Source: a virus. Taken from it: DNA of 57,693 nt. The notes below the pieces were generated by a model that was not told the DNA's origin, did no database searches, and saw only the letters and a program-made list of their open reading frames with translations. Numbering within the stretch: the first letter of the stretch is position 1; each line of letters opens with the position of its first letter. The position numbers and the translations under genes are program-made. The stretch covers positions 1-57,693 of the IMG/VR virus record IMGVR_UViG_2563366730_000001; one strand, 5' to 3'. Below, in pieces: positions 43,894-53,605 of this stretch.

Positions 43894-46770
43894 ATGGCAC
43901 TTTTTAAAAATATGATAATAACCAGTAAGGGAATGGAATTATATGCAAAGGCTCAAGCAGGACAAAAAATACATTTTACTAAATTACAGGTTGGATCTGG
44001 TCAAATAGATACACAAAATCCTGTTACTTTACTAAGATTATTAAATCCTAAACTAGATGTTCCAATAACATCTATAGCGCCTAATCCAGAACTTAAAAGT
44101 GCAACAATAATAGGGAGTATAACAAATAAAAATGTTAAAGAGGCTATTTATATTTGTGAAATAGGACTATATGCAAAAGATCCAGATGAGGGAGAAATAT
44201 TATATGGATATGCTAGCGCTGGTGGTTATGGAGATTATTACGCCCCGGAATCACAAGGTCCTTATAGTTGGCAGTATGAAATTAATGCATCCATAGGAAA
44301 TGCTGCTAATGTTACTGCAGAGCTTAGTCAATTACAGTGGGATTATGGAGTAGTAAATTCTAATAAAACTTTCTATATTATACAAGGATCTAACCAAAGG
44401 GAAATAAATAAAAATATAGATGATAATCTAAAAACGTTAACTGATGAAAGTAGAGAAGCAAAGAATAAAATTAAGGTAATCGAAAGTACTATAGAGGATG
44501 GAAGATGTAGTTTCTCAACATCCAACGCACTAACAAAGTTGGATAATGTACAAGATGGGTATTTAACAGATGTAGTTATTAAGGGGAGAACTTTAGTTAA
44601 CTTATGTTTAGATGGTAAAGTTCCTAAAAGTATAGAGGATGTTGGAGGAAAGCAGACATATTATTTTAAGCATAATGTATCTGCTAAGGGGGTATATACA
44701 ATTGGATTTAGAATACAAAATTCAACACTTGATACATCTAGCATAAGATTTTTATATCCTATAGATGGAGGTATGGTTGAATACCCTGTTTCGAGTTACT
44801 ATGCTAAAAAAGATGGATACCATTGGATAACAGTCAATGTAGAAAAAAATATAACCAATGAGATGTGTGGATTATATGTTTACCTAACAAATAAAGGAGA
44901 AAAGGCAACTCTATCAGAAATAATGGTTTTAAAGGGTGATTACACATCAAGTCCACCAATCTACTTCGAAGGAATTAAGTCTGCTGGAGAAGTCAACTAT
45001 ATAGATGGAAAATATATCGGTAAGAACTTATTTAAAGGAGAATATCAAAAAAAGTATATTCGAGGTGGAGATGGTAATAGTACTTTCCTTGACGACTCAA
45101 ACACGAGAAGTGCTGTAATACCTATAGAGGCAGGAGGAAAATACTCAGTAAAAAAACATAGCATGAGCAACAGGTTTTCAATATGCTTGTATAATTCGAT
45201 AGAAATAGGTTCGAACGCTACGCAAATTATCAATATGAGTGATTCTTTAACACAGACTACATTTACTAATACAAGTAATTCTAAGTACATGGTTATTTAT
45301 GTGTCTAATGCAAAAGAAGAACCTTTGTTATTGGTGGAAAAGGGAGACGGTTTTAGTGAATATGAATCTTACTATGAAGGTAATAAAATTGAGATTTTAA
45401 GTACCGGTAAAAATCTATATAGGGTTGATATAGCTAAATTTAATGGCACTGATAGAATTTATACTTCAACTGATTTAATATACAATTTTAATGAAATGTA
45501 TGCAATAAACAATTCAAATAAGAGATTGATTTTTGGAATTTCAAATAAACCTAATGGAGTTTGGATAAGGGATTATATTGTCAATGCAAATTCAATGCAA
45601 AAAATTCCTTTATATTCAAATGAATATGTGAAAACTGTAGCAGGACTATTTTCAGATGGATGGAAAGAAGCTGATTTAGATTATCTTAAAAATAATATTA
45701 TGGTAACTAGTACCTTAGATACTAAGCAAGAATCGTATAAATCTAATAAAACAGAAATTCTATTAAAAGAACCTTTAAGAGGTTTACCGAATGGTGTCGC
45801 AGATACTATCAATCAAAGTAATGCTTTAACAAGAAGAATAATCAAAAAAAATATTTTGAGTTCATGGGATTGGAAGGTAAATACTTGGGCAGAAACATTA
45901 CCAAATAGTATAGCATTTCAAGCGGGAGTAGAAGATATAAAGCATGGGGTAGGTGTGAATTTGATATGCAATAAGTTCACAGCATCAGATAAGGTTGGAA
46001 ACGTTGATTTCGAAGGCATTACCTTGTCCGCTCAAAGTAATCTTTTGAGTATCAGGATTGCAAAAAATAAATTGAGTACCCATGACATAACTGGCTTTAA
46101 GAAGTGGTTAGATGACAATGAAGTTTTTATTTATTGTGAAAAAAAAGAGCCAACAATAGAACAAACCAATAATCCATTAAACATAAGAACATTTAAAGAT
46201 GGTTATATACAACAAAATACTATTCTTCCAGCTACTATAGAGGGAAGATATCCTATTAGTTTAGGAGGTTCTATACAAAGCAATACTAATGCTATAAATC
46301 AGATGGAAAATGAGCTATTTGGAGTTTGGAGAAGTATATTAAGTTTAACTGATAATATGTTAAGTAGAGTTAGATGTGAAACAGAAAAGGTGATTATAAA
46401 GGGAGATTGGGTTGGGCCTAATAATGAGTGTTCCATACTTTATGAATATTTACCTAATAATGTTGTTAGGGCAAACATAAAATGCACAGAAATAAAATTA
46501 AATGGTAATGGATCAGCTACATTCAATGTTCCACTAAAGTTTTTAACTAACATTGAAGACACCTATGGTGGAGGAGGTCAGATTTATAGAATCTTAGAAA
46601 ATGGGAGTTGGATAACAGATGACTTTAGAACAACATCCTATAATGTAACATGCCAACCGAATGGGAATAACCTAATAACAATTTGGGTGGATGAAGTAAA
46701 TCAACTCTCACAGGGACAACTTGCTGAGAAAGCTGGGATACATGCTTATACAATATTAAAATTAAAGTAG
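43894..46770 (+). CDS. tail fibre protein
   Basis: The N-terminus MALFKNMIITSKGMELYAKAQAGQKIHFTKLQVGSGQ resembles the phage tail-collar fibre N-terminal domain. 958 aa. Confidence 0.75.
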   Translation: MALFKNMIITSKGMELYAKAQAGQKIHFTKLQVGSGQIDTQNPVTLLRLLNPKLDVPITSIAPNPELKSATIIGSITNKNVKEAIYICEIGLYAKDPDEGEILYGYASAGGYGDYYAPESQGPYSWQYEINASIGNAANVTAELSQLQWDYGVVNSNKTFYIIQGSNQREINKNIDDNLKTLTDESREAKNKIKVIESTIEDGRCSFSTSNALTKLDNVQDGYLTDVVIKGRTLVNLCLDGKVPKSIEDVGGKQTYYFKHNVSAKGVYTIGFRIQNSTLDTSSIRFLYPIDGGMVEYPVSSYYAKKDGYHWITVNVEKNITNEMCGLYVYLTNKGEKATLSEIMVLKGDYTSSPPIYFEGIKSAGEVNYIDGKYIGKNLFKGEYQKKYIRGGDGNSTFLDDSNTRSAVIPIEAGGKYSVKKHSMSNRFSICLYNSIEIGSNATQIINMSDSLTQTTFTNTSNSKYMVIYVSNAKEEPLLLVEKGDGFSEYESYYEGNKIEILSTGKNLYRVDIAKFNGTDRIYTSTDLIYNFNEMYAINNSNKRLIFGISNKPNGVWIRDYIVNANSMQKIPLYSNEYVKTVAGLFSDGWKEADLDYLKNNIMVTSTLDTKQESYKSNKTEILLKEPLRGLPNGVADTINQSNALTRRIIKKNILSSWDWKVNTWAETLPNSIAFQAGVEDIKHGVGVNLICNKFTASDKVGNVDFEGITLSAQSNLLSIRIAKNKLSTHDITGFKKWLDDNEVFIYCEKKEPTIEQTNNPLNIRTFKDGYIQQNTILPATIEGRYPISLGGSIQSNTNAINQMENELFGVWRSILSLTDNMLSRVRCETEKVIIKGDWVGPNNECSILYEYLPNNVVRANIKCTEIKLNGNGSATFNVPLKFLTNIEDTYGGGGQIYRILENGSWITDDFRTTSYNVTCQPNGNNLITIWVDEVNQLSQGQLAEKAGIHAYTILKLK

Positions 46771-46781
46771 GAGGGAAATGC

Positions 46782-47108
46782 ATGAGTGAGTATATTTTAG
46801 CTATACTTAATGGAAATCTGGTCTTAATTAACACTATATTAAATAGCATACCTTCTAATTATATAAAGATTAATAATGAATTAGTTGGGTATTTTAGAGA
46901 AAGAATATGTACTCATACTTTTAATGGTGAAACAATAAAAGAAGAGAAAATAACTACAAAAGAACAAATAGACAAATATTTAAGTATAAAACTAAATATG
47001 ACAATTCCAGATACAAGTAATAAAAATAAGGATCAGGAAATAAAAGAATTGAAAGATACCATAGACGCTCTTATTTTATCTAATTTAGGAGGTAAGACAG
47101 ATGTTTAA
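46782..47108 (+). CDS. hypothetical tail-fibre-associated protein
   Basis: The C-terminus DQEIKELKDTIDALILSNLGG is paralogous to that of 47235..47402. Confidence 0.5.
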   Translation: MSEYILAILNGNLVLINTILNSIPSNYIKINNELVGYFRERICTHTFNGETIKEEKITTKEQIDKYLSIKLNMTIPDTSNKNKDQEIKELKDTIDALILSNLGGKTDV

Positions 47109-47232
47109 TACTTTAAAAAGACTATATTTAGAACAAAGGTTAACAGATATTATGTTAGGTAGAGCAGTTGAAAAAGGATGGATTACAGAAGAAGAAAAAA
47201 AAGAAATAATGGATTCAAATGGAGGTATGTAA
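47101..47232 (+). CDS. XkdX-family small protein
   Basis: Hand-translated as MFNTLKRLYLEQRLTDIMLGRAVEKGWITEEEKKEIMDSNGGM. GWITEEE.KEI is the XkdX hallmark. Confidence 0.65.
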   Translation: MFNTLKRLYLEQRLTDIMLGRAVEKGWITEEEKKEIMDSNGGM

Positions 47233-47234
47233 TA

Positions 47235-47402
47235 ATGGATAGCTTTGATGTAATTATGGAGAATTGCCCTTTTCTAAAGAGAGTTATAGAAAATAAAATA
47301 GCAGAGGAGGTAGGAAAAAAAGATGAAGAAATAGAAGAGCTTAAGGAAACAGTAAAGAACCTTACAGAAACACTACTTATAGGAGGTATTTCTAATGTAT
47401 AA
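47235..47402 (+). CDS. small coiled-coil protein (short paralog of the 46782..47108 C-terminus)
   Basis: ATG after GGAGG. The track ORF starts at 47178. Confidence 0.45.
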   Translation: MDSFDVIMENCPFLKRVIENKIAEEVGKKDEEIEELKETVKNLTETLLIGGISNV

Positions 47403-47514
47403 AATAGTATTGGAGCTATGGTTAGAAAAAAGAATAGATGAGAGTGGATTAGATAGGGCAATAAAATTTAGGTGGATTACAGAAGAACAGAAAAAAGAAA
47501 TAATGGATATGTAG
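47395..47514 (+). CDS. second XkdX-like small protein
   Basis: Hand-translated as MYKIVLELWLEKRIDESGLDRAIKFRWITEEQKKEIMDM. Confidence 0.55.
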   Translation: MYKIVLELWLEKRIDESGLDRAIKFRWITEEQKKEIMDM

Positions 47515-47515
47515 A

Positions 47516-47551
47516 AGAATCTAGGCAATAGAAAGGCTTAGATTCTTTTTA
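47516..47551 (+). terminator. rho-independent terminator after the tail module
   Basis: AGAATCTA ... TAGATTCT followed by TTTT. Confidence 0.65.
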
Positions 47552-47586
47552 TTGCCTTAAAACCTAAGAAAAGGAGTGATATACAA

Positions 47587-48342
47587 GTGATGAAACCACC
47601 AATTACAAGAATGGGCGGAAAGTCCAAATTAAGAAAAGAAATAATAAGTATGATACCAGATCACACTTGTTATGTTGAGTTATTCTTTGGAGCAGGATGG
47701 GTTTATTTTGGAAAAGAACCTAGTAAGGTTGAAGTTATAAATGATATTGATAAAGAACTAATAAACCTATTTAGAATGATAAAATATCATGCTCCAGAAA
47801 TAGAGAGAATGCTTGAGTACGAATTCTCAGGTAGAGATATTTTTGAGGAATATAAGAATATGACTATTGAAAATCTTACAGAGATACATAGGTCTGTAAG
47901 GTTTTTGTATTTAATAAGTCAATCCTTTGCAGGTAAGGGAAATCATTATGGATATGGTACAAATTCTAAACCTAAACCACAAATTTTTTACAAAGGTATT
48001 TTAAATGATATAAAAGAAAGGCTTAGAAATACTTATGTTGAAAATCTAAGCTTTGAAAAGACAATTGAAAAGTATGATAGAGATTATACTTTCTTCTTTG
48101 CAGACCCACCTTATTTTGAAACAGCAGGTTATGGTAACAGTTTTAAGGAAGAAGAACACTTAATATTAAGAGATAAACTTAAAAATATAAAGGGTAAATT
48201 CTTATTAACAATTAATGACCATGAGAAGGTTAGAGAATGGTATAAAGATTTTAATATAAAAGAAACAGAAGTAAGCTATTCTGTGGCTAAGGATAAGAAA
48301 GCAAGGGGGAAGTATAAAGAATTAATAATAACTAACTATTAA
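47587..48342 (+). CDS. D12-class N6-adenine DNA methyltransferase (Dam-like), orphan
   Basis: GGKSKL, ELFFGAGWV (motif I) and FADPPY (motif IV). Confidence 0.9.
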   Translation: MMKPPITRMGGKSKLRKEIISMIPDHTCYVELFFGAGWVYFGKEPSKVEVINDIDKELINLFRMIKYHAPEIERMLEYEFSGRDIFEEYKNMTIENLTEIHRSVRFLYLISQSFAGKGNHYGYGTNSKPKPQIFYKGILNDIKERLRNTYVENLSFEKTIEKYDRDYTFFFADPPYFETAGYGNSFKEEEHLILRDKLKNIKGKFLLTINDHEKVREWYKDFNIKETEVSYSVAKDKKARGKYKELIITNY

Positions 48343-48356
48343 AGGTAGGTGTTATT

Positions 48357-48638
48357 ATGAGTGTTGAGATAGGAGTTATATGTACTTTACTAGGAGCTTT
48401 ACTAGGTTACTTAGGATTTAGAAGAAATGAAAATAAAGACATAAAAGAAGACGCTAAAAGTAATGCTCATTTGTCTACAACCCTAGCTTATATAAGTAAA
48501 GGTGTAGATGATATAAGACTAGATATTAAAGCACAAGACAGGAGAACAACGGACATAGACTCTAGGTTAATAAGGGTTGAGGAAAGCAGTAAATCAGCAC
48601 ACAAAAGAATTGATACATTAGAAAAAGAAGGTGTATAG
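48357..48638 (+). CDS. lysis-cassette membrane protein (N-terminal TM plus coiled coil)
   Basis: TM segment IGVICTLLGALLGYLGF. Lies directly before the holin gene. Confidence 0.5.
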   Translation: MSVEIGVICTLLGALLGYLGFRRNENKDIKEDAKSNAHLSTTLAYISKGVDDIRLDIKAQDRRTTDIDSRLIRVEESSKSAHKRIDTLEKEGV

Positions 48639-48641
48639 TAT

Positions 48642-48902
48642 ATGGATTTAATAAAATTTGTTCCAGAGCAGTTACTTATATTAGTAGCTGCTCTTTATGT
48701 TATAGGCATATTTTTAAAAGCATCTAAAATAAAAGATTGGACCATACCATGGATTCTATTAGTTGTAGGTATAATTGGAGCTATAGGAATAGAAGGAATA
48801 AGTGTATTAGCGATAATAGAAGGGGTTATATGTACTGGAGTTGCAGTGCTAATTAATCAATTAATTAAACAAAGTACGGAAAAGAAGGATCTAGGAAACT
48901 AG
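48642..48902 (+). CDS. holin
   Basis: 86 aa with 2-3 TM helices and a charged C-terminus. Lies upstream of the endolysin. Confidence 0.7.
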   Translation: MDLIKFVPEQLLILVAALYVIGIFLKASKIKDWTIPWILLVVGIIGAIGIEGISVLAIIEGVICTGVAVLINQLIKQSTEKKDLGN

Positions 48903-48937
48903 GTTCTTTTTTATTTTAAAGATAAGGAGAGGATATT

Positions 48938-49756
48938 ATGAAAATAGGATTAAGAGGTGGACATAGTGAGAATCATAAAGGTGCAAGTTCTGATATAACT
49001 GGGTATGATGAATGGTCTCAAATGCAAGAACTTTATAGAAATGTAAAAACTGTTTTAGAAGCTTATGGACATACAGTGATAGATTGTAATGCTTATAATT
49101 CAAGCTCTATAAATGATGAGTTAACTCAAGGAACAAGTAAAGCAACTAATAATGGAGTTGATATATTTATATCTCTTCATATGAATGCATTTAATGGAAG
49201 TGCACAAGGACACGAATGTTGGATATTTGATGAAAATAGAAATACTATAGCAAAAGATGTTGCTAAAAGAATAGCTAAAAACTTTGGTAATCATGGATTT
49301 AAACTAAGGCCAGAAAATAATGGCGTAAAAGGAATGAAACAATATAATAAAAACTATCATGATTTAAAGGCACCAATAGCGCCCGCTATTATAGTTGAAA
49401 CAATATTTTGTGATAGTTTAGAAGATAAGAAAATTTGGGCTCCTACTTCTTGGGATGAATTAGCTAGACTTGTTGTAAATGGAATAGATCCTAATATACC
49501 TTTAATGTTAAATGATTCTAAAAAATCAAAAGAACCTTCAGAGGGTTATGTAGTTACAGGATATTTAGATAAACAGCTTAAAAATTATGATGGGGCAGAG
49601 GTTGCAGGAGCTATAAGATATTACTTTAAAGATATAGATAGAGTGTATATTAGAAGTAATTCCATAGGTATGTGGTTAGAAACACAGTTATTGCCTATGG
49701 ATAAATGCAAGGAAATAAAAGAGTTATTAGGTAGTTGGGGTAAAATTAGATGTTAA
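48938..49756 (+). CDS. endolysin, N-acetylmuramoyl-L-alanine amidase (Amidase_3) with a C-terminal binding domain
   Basis: GLRGGHS, DIFISLHMNAF and AIIVETIFCDS motifs. Confidence 0.9.
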   Translation: MKIGLRGGHSENHKGASSDITGYDEWSQMQELYRNVKTVLEAYGHTVIDCNAYNSSSINDELTQGTSKATNNGVDIFISLHMNAFNGSAQGHECWIFDENRNTIAKDVAKRIAKNFGNHGFKLRPENNGVKGMKQYNKNYHDLKAPIAPAIIVETIFCDSLEDKKIWAPTSWDELARLVVNGIDPNIPLMLNDSKKSKEPSEGYVVTGYLDKQLKNYDGAEVAGAIRYYFKDIDRVYIRSNSIGMWLETQLLPMDKCKEIKELLGSWGKIRC

Positions 49757-49911
49757 TATTTATAATATTATATAAATTTTTGGTAAAAATTTGTATGAGA
49801 ATACAATAATTATATTTATAAAAAATACATATTTACCATTTTATTATTTAGATGTAAAATAAATACAGATACAATTTTTATATCTAAATTATAGAAAGGG
49901 GGAAATTAAGA

Positions 49912-50220
49912 ATGAAAAAGTTTTTTTCAAAAAAGAAAATCTTTGCGCTAGTTTTCGCTAGTATGATGTTATTCTCTGCTACGGCAGCATTTGCAGCACC
50001 TGTTTGTCCAGCATATGAGGATGGACATAGATTTTATAATCAGGTATATTTAAGGCAGGAAACTCAGACAGTGAGGCATTATCCAACTAGTGTTGGTCCA
50101 GGATGTGATGTTACTACAACATATAATGTTTATAAAAAAACTTGTGCTTGTGGATATTCAACTCCAACAGGAATTATAAGAGAAAAATTATATGAATCTC
50201 ACTCAGTGAATCATAATTAA
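49912..50220 (+). CDS. small secreted Cys-containing protein
   Basis: Signal peptide MKKFFSKKKIFALVFASMMLFSATAAFA/AP. Four Cys residues in the mature part. Has its own terminator. Confidence 0.7.
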   Translation: MKKFFSKKKIFALVFASMMLFSATAAFAAPVCPAYEDGHRFYNQVYLRQETQTVRHYPTSVGPGCDVTTTYNVYKKTCACGYSTPTGIIREKLYESHSVNHN

Positions 50221-50234
50221 TGGTATTATAAAAT

Positions 50235-50277
50235 AAAAAAGGTGGTCTAGGGAGTAATCCTTAGACCACCTTTTTTA
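50235..50277 (+). terminator. strong rho-independent terminator
   Basis: GGTGGTCTA ... TAGACCACC followed by TTTTTT. Confidence 0.85.
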
Positions 50278-50753
50278 TTTTATAATAAATATTGGAGTTA
50301 GGTGTAAATAATGTATAGATAATTACAATTCTCTTAACAATTAAGCTTGTTTATACCAGTAAAGATACAGAAATAGATGACACCAAATGGACTGAGAAGC
50401 TTTATAATAAAATAAAAAAGATTTTAATATAGATTATGAAATCATAATGCTAAATAAAAATACAGTGAAATATAATAATAGTGCTGATGGAATATATATG
50501 TGGTAATAGCAGTTATGGAATCAATATTGTTTTTTTATTTTAGCAAATATTTTACCAATATATATAAATCCAATAAGTACATCTGCTACAGTTATGTAGT
50601 TTGTATATGATATACTTAAGGGGAACCTACAATTAGACATAAATCTTTTATTAATCATATAACTTTAATGGTATTAAATGAATTAAGACCAGAAAACGAA
50701 AAAAGTCTAGAGAATAATATTCATATTAGACTTTCATAGTAATTTTGGTGTTA

Positions 50754-50783
50754 TAGACAAATTTACCATATTTAATGTAAAAT
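50754..50783 (+). promoter_or_regulatory. candidate promoter of the ATPase-methyltransferase operon
   Basis: TAGACA, an 18-nt spacer, then TAAAAT preceded by TG. AT-rich context, so the call is weak. Confidence 0.3.
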
Positions 50784-50787
50784 GAAA

Positions 50788-50817
50788 TAACCACTAAATT
50801 TTATATATAAGTGGTTA
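50788..50817. promoter_or_regulatory. 8-bp perfect inverted repeat (TAACCACT n14 AGTGGTTA), candidate operator
   Basis: Read directly. Lies between the candidate -10 element and the SD of 50846. Confidence 0.5.
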
Positions 50818-50845
50818 CTAAATAAATATATAGTGGGGGAAGTAT

Positions 50846-52423
50846 ATGATACATAGCATAGAAATAAAAGATTTTAGAGCACTTAAAAATGTGAATATAA
50901 ATTTAGGAAAATATATAACAGCTATTTCTGGAAGAAATGGATTGGGAAAGTCTACAATTTTAGCTTTATTGGGAAATACATGTGAGTTAAAGGTAAAAGA
51001 AGGAAAAACACTGTTTGATACGCAGTTTAGAACAGAGTTTAGTGAAATATTTAAAGCTTCTAAGGAATTTGATAAGAGTGGTTCCGATAAATTTAAGGTT
51101 AATTTTAATGATATAAGTAATCCTGATAAGATAAGTGACTGTAAAATAAGCAGAGTAACATGGCAAAAAGGTAAAAGATTTAGAGTTATACCAGAAACAA
51201 AAAATGAAAAGGAGAAAAATAGCAGAAAAAAAGAATTACCCTCTATATATCTTGGTTTATCAAGATTATATCCTATAGGCGAAGTCAGTGACGAGGAAAT
51301 AAATATTAAAAATATTAAATTAGAAGAAGAAGAAGAAATTTATTTTGTAGATAACTATATTGATATTTTAAATTTAAAAATGGATGAAGGAGAAAATCTT
51401 TCTTTTGAAATGATAGATATAGGACGAACTAGAAGAAAAAAGGGAATAGGAGTTTGTACATCAACATATAGTTCTATTACTAATTCAGCTGGACAAGATA
51501 ATATAGGCCAAATAATAATGTCTATATTATCATTTCGTAAATTATCAAAAAATAATAAAAATTATAATGGAGGATTGCTATTAATTGATGAAATAGATGC
51601 TGCTTTACATCCTATTGCTCAAATAAAATTAGTTAGATTTTTGTATAAGGCATGTAAAGAATTAAAATTACAAGTTGTATTTACTACACATAGCGTCTCC
51701 TTATTAAAATATTTATGTTCTAAGGTTTTACATAATAAAAATACTAATGTAAATAATTATGAAATACATTACTTAACTACAAATAATGGGCCTTTAAAAG
51801 TTTTGAGAAATACAGAATTTCCAATTATAGAAAATGACTTAATGCTTTCTCAACCAGGAAGCAATATAAAGAAAATAACCGTTTATTCCGAAGACTCTGA
51901 AGGAAGATGGTTTTTTCAAAAACTTACAGAAAAATATTCTTTATATTTAGATGTTATTAAAGTAAAATTATCATATGAATCATTACTTCAACTTAATAAA
52001 AATGATCCACTTTACTTTTCAAATGTACTTTTTGTGTTAGATGGAGATGTAAAATCAATTGAGGAATCAGGAAACTCTAAAGGAAATATAATTAAGTTAC
52101 CAGGTGAAGTTAGACCAGAGCAAGTCATATACGAGTTTCTATTAAATTTAAGTTCAGATTCTCAGCTTTGGGAAAATGGACTTAACATAGGTTTTTCAAA
52201 AGAGAGTATTGAAGAAAATGGACCATTATCACAAAAGTTTGATGGAAAAGATAGAGAAAGATACAAAAAATGGTTTAATGAAAATTTAGGAATAATAGAA
52301 TCATTAGATGTCTTTGGTTATTGGATTAAAGAAAATGAGGAAATGTATAATAATTTTATAGAGAGATTTAAAAGTTCTTATAATACAATAGCCAAAAGAA
52401 AATTATCTCCTATTATAAAGTAA
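50846..52423 (+). CDS. ABC-type ATPase fused to a Toprim-like C-terminal domain (OLD / PARIS AriA-AriB / AbiL-like)
   Basis: Walker A GRNGLGKST, signature-like NSAGQ, Walker B LLLIDEIDAALHP and H-loop FTTHS. The C-terminus has an acidic strand ITVYSEDSEGRWFF and a DxD motif VLFVLDGDV. SD GGGGGAAG. Confidence 0.7.
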   Translation: MIHSIEIKDFRALKNVNINLGKYITAISGRNGLGKSTILALLGNTCELKVKEGKTLFDTQFRTEFSEIFKASKEFDKSGSDKFKVNFNDISNPDKISDCKISRVTWQKGKRFRVIPETKNEKEKNSRKKELPSIYLGLSRLYPIGEVSDEEINIKNIKLEEEEEIYFVDNYIDILNLKMDEGENLSFEMIDIGRTRRKKGIGVCTSTYSSITNSAGQDNIGQIIMSILSFRKLSKNNKNYNGGLLLIDEIDAALHPIAQIKLVRFLYKACKELKLQVVFTTHSVSLLKYLCSKVLHNKNTNVNNYEIHYLTTNNGPLKVLRNTEFPIIENDLMLSQPGSNIKKITVYSEDSEGRWFFQKLTEKYSLYLDVIKVKLSYESLLQLNKNDPLYFSNVLFVLDGDVKSIEESGNSKGNIIKLPGEVRPEQVIYEFLLNLSSDSQLWENGLNIGFSKESIEENGPLSQKFDGKDRERYKKWFNENLGIIESLDVFGYWIKENEEMYNNFIERFKSSYNTIAKRKLSPIIK

Positions 52424-52469
52424 ATCTGTTATAGGATATAATTTAATTATATTATTTAGGAGGTGAAGT

Positions 52470-53351
52470 ATGGCTAAAGAAACATATTCACCGTTAAGAT
52501 ATCCAGGAAGTAAAAATAAATTAGCCGAATATATAAAAGAATTGATTTATTTAAAGAAACTGAATAATTCAACATATGTTGAGCCATTCTGTGGAGGAGC
52601 TTCAGTGGCTTTGTCACTATTAATAAATGGGCATGTATCTAATATAATAATCAATGACTATGATAAATCAATATATGCCTTTTGGTATTCTGTGATATAT
52701 CATAATAATGAGCTATGTGAACTGATTAAAAATACTAATATTACAATGGAAGAATGGCAAAAACAAAAAAAGATTCAATTTAATAAAGAAAAGGAAGATT
52801 TATTAAGCTTAGGATTCTCAACGTTATTTTTAAATAGAACTAATAGATCTGGAATATTAAAAGCAGGGGTAATTGGTGGAATAAATCAATTAGGAACATA
52901 TAAGCTTGATTGTAGGTTTAATAAAGATAAACTAATACAAAAGATAAAGCTAATTGGAACATATAGAGATAGGATTAAAGTTTACAATTTAGATACAGAA
53001 GAACTTATAAAGCAAGTAATTTCAAATTTAAATAAGAAATCATTTATTTTTTTTGATCCACCTTATTATAAAAAAGGCTCATGTTTATATACTAATTTTT
53101 ATAAACATGATAATCATATTTCCTTATCTAATAAAATTAAAAATATAAAATATCATTCCTGGATTGTTACATATGATAATATAGATAATATAAAAAGAAT
53201 GTATAAAGGATACTTTAAGGAATTATATAAATTAAATTATTCTGTAAAAGTTAAATATAAAGGAGAAGAAGTAATTATGTATAGTAATACTTTGAGTAAA
53301 GATTTAAAAAATAAAAATTTAACTATACATAAATATTGTGATAAAGTTTAA
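52470..53351 (+). CDS. D12-class N6-adenine DNA methyltransferase (second copy in the element)
   Basis: YPGSKNKL, EPFCGGASV (motif I), FLNRTNRSG and FFDPPYY (motif IV). SD AGGAGGTG. Confidence 0.85.
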   Translation: MAKETYSPLRYPGSKNKLAEYIKELIYLKKLNNSTYVEPFCGGASVALSLLINGHVSNIIINDYDKSIYAFWYSVIYHNNELCELIKNTNITMEEWQKQKKIQFNKEKEDLLSLGFSTLFLNRTNRSGILKAGVIGGINQLGTYKLDCRFNKDKLIQKIKLIGTYRDRIKVYNLDTEELIKQVISNLNKKSFIFFDPPYYKKGSCLYTNFYKHDNHISLSNKIKNIKYHSWIVTYDNIDNIKRMYKGYFKELYKLNYSVKVKYKGEEVIMYSNTLSKDLKNKNLTIHKYCDKV

Positions 53352-53378
53352 ATTATATAAATTAGATAGGGTGAGTTT

Positions 53379-53579
53379 ATGGGAGTGACGAATAGACTAA
53401 AAGAAATTAGAATGAAAGAATATATGATGGATCAAAATGAATTTGCAAAGTTTATTGGAGTTACAAATAAAGTTTATTGGAGTTGGGAGAATGATAAAAG
53501 TAGACCAACTTTAGAAAAAGCTTTAGAGATATCCAAAAAATTAAATATAAATGTTAATGAAATATGGCATCTAGAATAG
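53379..53579 (+). CDS. XRE-family HTH regulator (controller-like)
   Basis: MDQNEFAKFIGVTNKVYWSWENDKSRPTLEKALEISKKL. Starts 27 nt after the methyltransferase stop. Confidence 0.8.
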   Translation: MGVTNRLKEIRMKEYMMDQNEFAKFIGVTNKVYWSWENDKSRPTLEKALEISKKLNINVNEIWHLE

Positions 53580-53605
53580 ATGTCTATTTTTTTATTCTTT
53601 ATATT

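Noticed and set aside
50521-50640. A 39-aa minus-strand ORF (MSNCRFPLSISYTNYITVADVLIGFIYIGKIFAKIKKQY) in the spacer upstream of the ATPase operon, considered as a second small toxin.
   Set aside because: No SD precedes the ATG and there is no obvious promoter. It may be a remnant of a membrane-protein gene. The evidence is much weaker than for 54246..54326.
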